Assembly: GCA_001179505.1 (NCBI GenBank)
Contig: CDMY01000408.1
Coordinates: 21,253 to 85,252, forward strand
Length of the DNA: 64,000 nucleotides
Source of the DNA: Vitrella brassicaformis CCMP3155
Lineage: Eukaryota > Protista > Chromerida
Direction of reading: 5' to 3'
This document shows, piece after piece, positions 60,716 through 64,000 of this stretch. Position 1 is the stretch's first letter, and every line of letters starts with the position of its first letter. The notes under the pieces were generated by a model, which did not search any database, had not been told where the DNA came from, and was given only the letters and a program-made list of their open reading frames with translations. Made by a program: the position numbers and the translations under genes.

Positions 60716-63700
60716 TGAGAGAGGACCGACGCGTCGCTGTCTCACTGAAGGCGCTACAAGTGCTCAAGGCACGACAGCCCGCCCAAGTGAAAGTCGACAA
60801 TCGCAGTATATTAACAATATACAAAGGAAGGCAAAGACAGGCAGGCAGGCAGACGGCCGGACAGGCGAACGGGCACTTGACATGCAGGCCAAACAAATCG
60901 CTAAGAAACTTGGTTGGATGGCACTGGCCATCCAACTCGCCAATAGGCCTGATGGAATGGGCTGCCAGAAGGGGGTGTACGATTTACTGCCTGACTGCAT
61001 GTCCGGCGATCCATACACATACGAATTCCTAGCTTACAAGACACAAGCATCATGCACAATACGACATGATTGACATCATACTCTCTCACCGACGGCTTTA
61101 CAAGCACTCAAGGCACGACAGCCAACCCACGAAACACGACATCAGGAAAAGCGACAGGCACTTCACGAGCAGTCGAGAAGGCATGCAGGGCATCTGATTG
61201 GATGCCCCTCCCGACAGACAAGAGGACATGAAGTGGATAAAATCACAGACAGCAACGACAGAAGGCCGTGGCGATACAACATATGTCATTCCCTGGCACC
61301 CAGTCAGCTAAGCAAGCGAGATCATCCCCGACTGTCGTGGAATTAAATACCTTGACTGATCGTCCCTCATGAGATCGCGCGCCCGCTCGAGAGCTTCCTC
61401 AATCACACGTCTCTCAGTGCTACCCGCGTCAGCATATTGGCTGCGCGCATCTGCTGCCAGCTGATCGAGATGCGTCTGGATGATATTGAAACGCCTCCCA
61501 AATTCCGCTGCGCTTGGTGGTGGTGAGCCGATGGAAGTATTGCTGTGCCCATTCTTGGCTCGGATGCAAATGAAGCCGAGGTCAGCCAGCATGTCGATCG
61601 ACCGCTCCATGACGAAAAGGTCCTTCTGGCAGTAGAAACGCAGGCTGTGCATGCACAGGGCGAGCAGCTCCTCGAAAGACCATGAGCGCATTGCGACGTA
61701 GAGTCTCTGAAATACACATACACATACACGCACACCCACACACATACGCTAGCATTGCATGACTGCTTTTCCCCCTCTTGTGCAAACGTACCCCGCCGAT
61801 TCTGACGAAGTGATGGTGGAGCTTGTTGCGTACGATGTCCTTGAAGAGCTCGCTGATGCGGTCGATAGCGCTGACTGCTGCATGGGGGTCGTTGACTGAC
61901 GAAGTCATAACGCGAACGGCGATCTCCGTGATCTCACGAACTGACCGCATCGATAAAGAAGGCAAGAGTGCATGTAGCCAGCCGTCTCGTCTGGTATGGT
62001 CTGTCTGTCCGGCTGGCTGTCCGGCTGGCTGGCCCACCTCCGAATGAGATGCTCTCGCCACCGCGATCTTCCCTACTCACACGAAGGGCCCGGTTTACCA
62101 TCCTTGTCACACGGTGCAGCTGTTCTTCGCCTCTCATGTTACCGGAGCTAGCAACTGAAGTCGAACTCGAACTGTCGTTCTCGGGATGCACTCGAACCCA
62201 TGCCTGAGCACAAATACAGGGGTAGACGCATAACAGCGACGAGCAGAGCCACACTTCACTTACCAGGACGGTTCCCTCTGTGACAAACGTCCCCTTCATG
62301 ACACGACGGCTGACGCACAGCTGGAGAGGCGGCCGCTCCTTCCGCAGCTGATGAGCCAGCCAATGTAAGTCGGCCGAGCAGATGTAGCCACTGCGCTTGG
62401 CGAGGATGATATCTCGATGTCCGGGGGCAAACTCATCCAGTGGCTCGATCTCATCGCTCTCTCGCGGCGGCTCGATGGTTTGCCGTCTGAAGGAGGTCGC
62501 ACTCTTCTTGACCCATCCCGTGATCTCCATAATCCAATGACAAAACCCCTCCTCAACCGACCAATTGGCCTCGCGCAATGATCGCTTATTCTCCTGGACA
62601 ATGTTGCGAAGGATGTGCTGCAGATGAAGGCCGCACAGAAAGCTGAGGACACGAAGAACACATGGACAGGAAACCGTTTCTGCTTGGTATCACACGCCTG
62701 CGTACTTGTGCATGAAGAAAATCAACAGCCACAAGAACAAGATGCTATCTGCAAAGGACAGAACACGCAAACGTACTTGCGGCATTCCGTTTGTCGCCTC
62801 TACTGCTGGTTGCTTACAGAGGCCCAGGATATCGACGGCCCACTCAGGTGTAAACGGATCTTCCTCCTGCTCGCCTGGAGCCTCGCCGCCGACGAAGAAG
62901 ATGACAGTCATACAGTAGGCGAAGAAGCCGATGAAAATACTACACAGACACATACACAGACAACGAACAGCAAAGTGGGCCATCTCTTTTTTTTGGAATG
63001 CCCAGCATTTAGTCACTCACCTGAGGCAGCGGACGTTCGCTGAGCTTCGCATGTAACTGTTGACCAGTCGAGGGGAATAGTTGGATGCAAACAATTGCAG
63101 GGCCAAGATAGTCACCGAGAATGTCAGCACCACCACATTAATAGATGTCGACCCAAGCATGTTGAGTGAGAAGTGCACGCGCACGGCTGACGTCCCGAAT
63201 GATCCATTGGAAGCCTCCTTTCCACGTCGTATCTGGCAAGAGCAGTGACCGGCTCGTATCATTGAGGCGTTCCAATGTCAGCTCCACTGCGATGGGTTCG
63301 GCGACCTTCCTCTCGTACCACTTCCGATGGTCGTACTGACAGAGGGCGGAGGCGAGCAAGACACTGAGAATGATGGAGAAGAAGGGCCAGAGGAAGAAGC
63401 GGCGGTACTCGGGTAGGAAGACGTTGTCCGTCTGCACGAATGTCACGATGAAGAGGATGCAAAAGAAGGCGACATACCCCCACACCAAATAGTTAATGGT
63501 GGGCTCGAGAGGCTTCTCTGCTAGCGTAGTAGCAAGGCTGCTGTTGAATTGACCGTCAGTCATCCATTCGTTGAAGCCGACCAGCGTTGGTCGATCAGAG
63601 GTGCTGTTGAGCTGCAGTTGGCATGAGCTGAACTGATGAATCTGAGGGCCGGCAAGCGTACAGGTCTGCAGGTGCGTGGCGTACAGCGGGGACTCCATGT

Positions 63701-63853
63701 CGAGCATTAACAGCGGTAGGAGCTGCCGTTGCAGTTGAGGACCTGCGCCTGGCAAAATCTGCAAAGTCGGGTGACGACAGCGAGATGAGAGATCTCTCTG
63801 TGAGTGTCGCTCCCTAGCTCGCAAGAGGGCGAGAGGAAAGAGATAGACGACAT
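60716..63853. repeat. Segmental duplication, copy 2 (~3.1 kb)
   Basis: Colinear with 55846-59133, including the introns and the 3' flank. Confidence 0.92.
61308..63698 (-). pseudogene. DUF2254-family membrane protein, copy 2, carrying a 4-nt frameshift
   Basis: Same exons as copy 1, but GCA CTT CTC ACTC AAC ATG replaces GCG CTA TTG AAC ATG at 63164-63173 and leads to TAA at 63138-63140. The ORF track shows the split (63138..63824 and 63017..63262). Confidence 0.72.
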
Positions 63854-64000
63854 GTCAGAAGTGCAAGTCGGTCCAGGGTTTAGGGTCTAGGGTTCATAGA
63901 CCGACGATCCACTGATCTGTGAGACAGGACGGCTGTTGAGTCTTTGTCCGTTCCATGAGACAGGCCATGGCGGACAGGACGTCAGACAGAATGGACTGAC

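Larger units (their letters stand above)
1..64000. repeat. Pervasive intronic microsatellites (TG/CA, GACA/TGTC, TCCA/TGGA, GA)
   Basis: Most introns carry such tracts, often immediately before the AG acceptor, e.g. 15-32, 12627-12650, 50451-50480, 51154-51184. Confidence 0.9.

Noticed and set aside
61934-61960. Apparent second frameshift/stop (IDAVSS*) in DUF2254 copy 2
   Set aside because: The 2-nt indel lies inside the intron SFG|gtgggcc...ggtcag|VREITE, which both copies share.
1-64000. Transposable elements or viral insertions
   Set aside because: No reverse transcriptase, integrase, transposase, Rep/helicase or terminal-repeat structure was recognised.

Overview
Gene-dense, GC-rich eukaryotic genomic DNA with many short GT-AG introns full of (TG)n/(CA)n/(GACA)n/(TCCA)n microsatellites and five placeholder gaps of exactly 300 N. 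An alveolate ISP protein, a RAP-domain protein, flagellar genes and nuclear genes with signal-peptide+Phe plastid-targeting leaders point to a photosynthetic relative of apicomplexans, most likely Vitrella (inference, not verified). About 25 intron-split genes were reconstructed by hand from the ORF track. Recognised products: IFT140, WDR76/CMR1, SKP1, CEP162-like, a Walker-A-degenerate RAD51 paralog, ISP, HMCES/SRAP, tandem-GFA protein, RAP protein, bestrophin-like channel, PDZ-FKBP, Gemin2, ABC1 kinase, and an Aurora-type kinase with a coiled-coil tail. Most unusual: (i) a ~3.2 kb duplication carrying two intron-containing genes of the mainly bacterial DUF2254 membrane family, which differ by one precisely present/absent intron and a 4-nt frameshift and flank a secreted Cys-rich protein gene; (ii) three clustered unannotated claudin-like four-TM proteins; (iii) almost all genes in tight head-to-head pairs. 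No rRNA, tRNA, CRISPR array or transposase was found. All family assignments come from motif recognition, not database searches. Exon boundaries are approximate.
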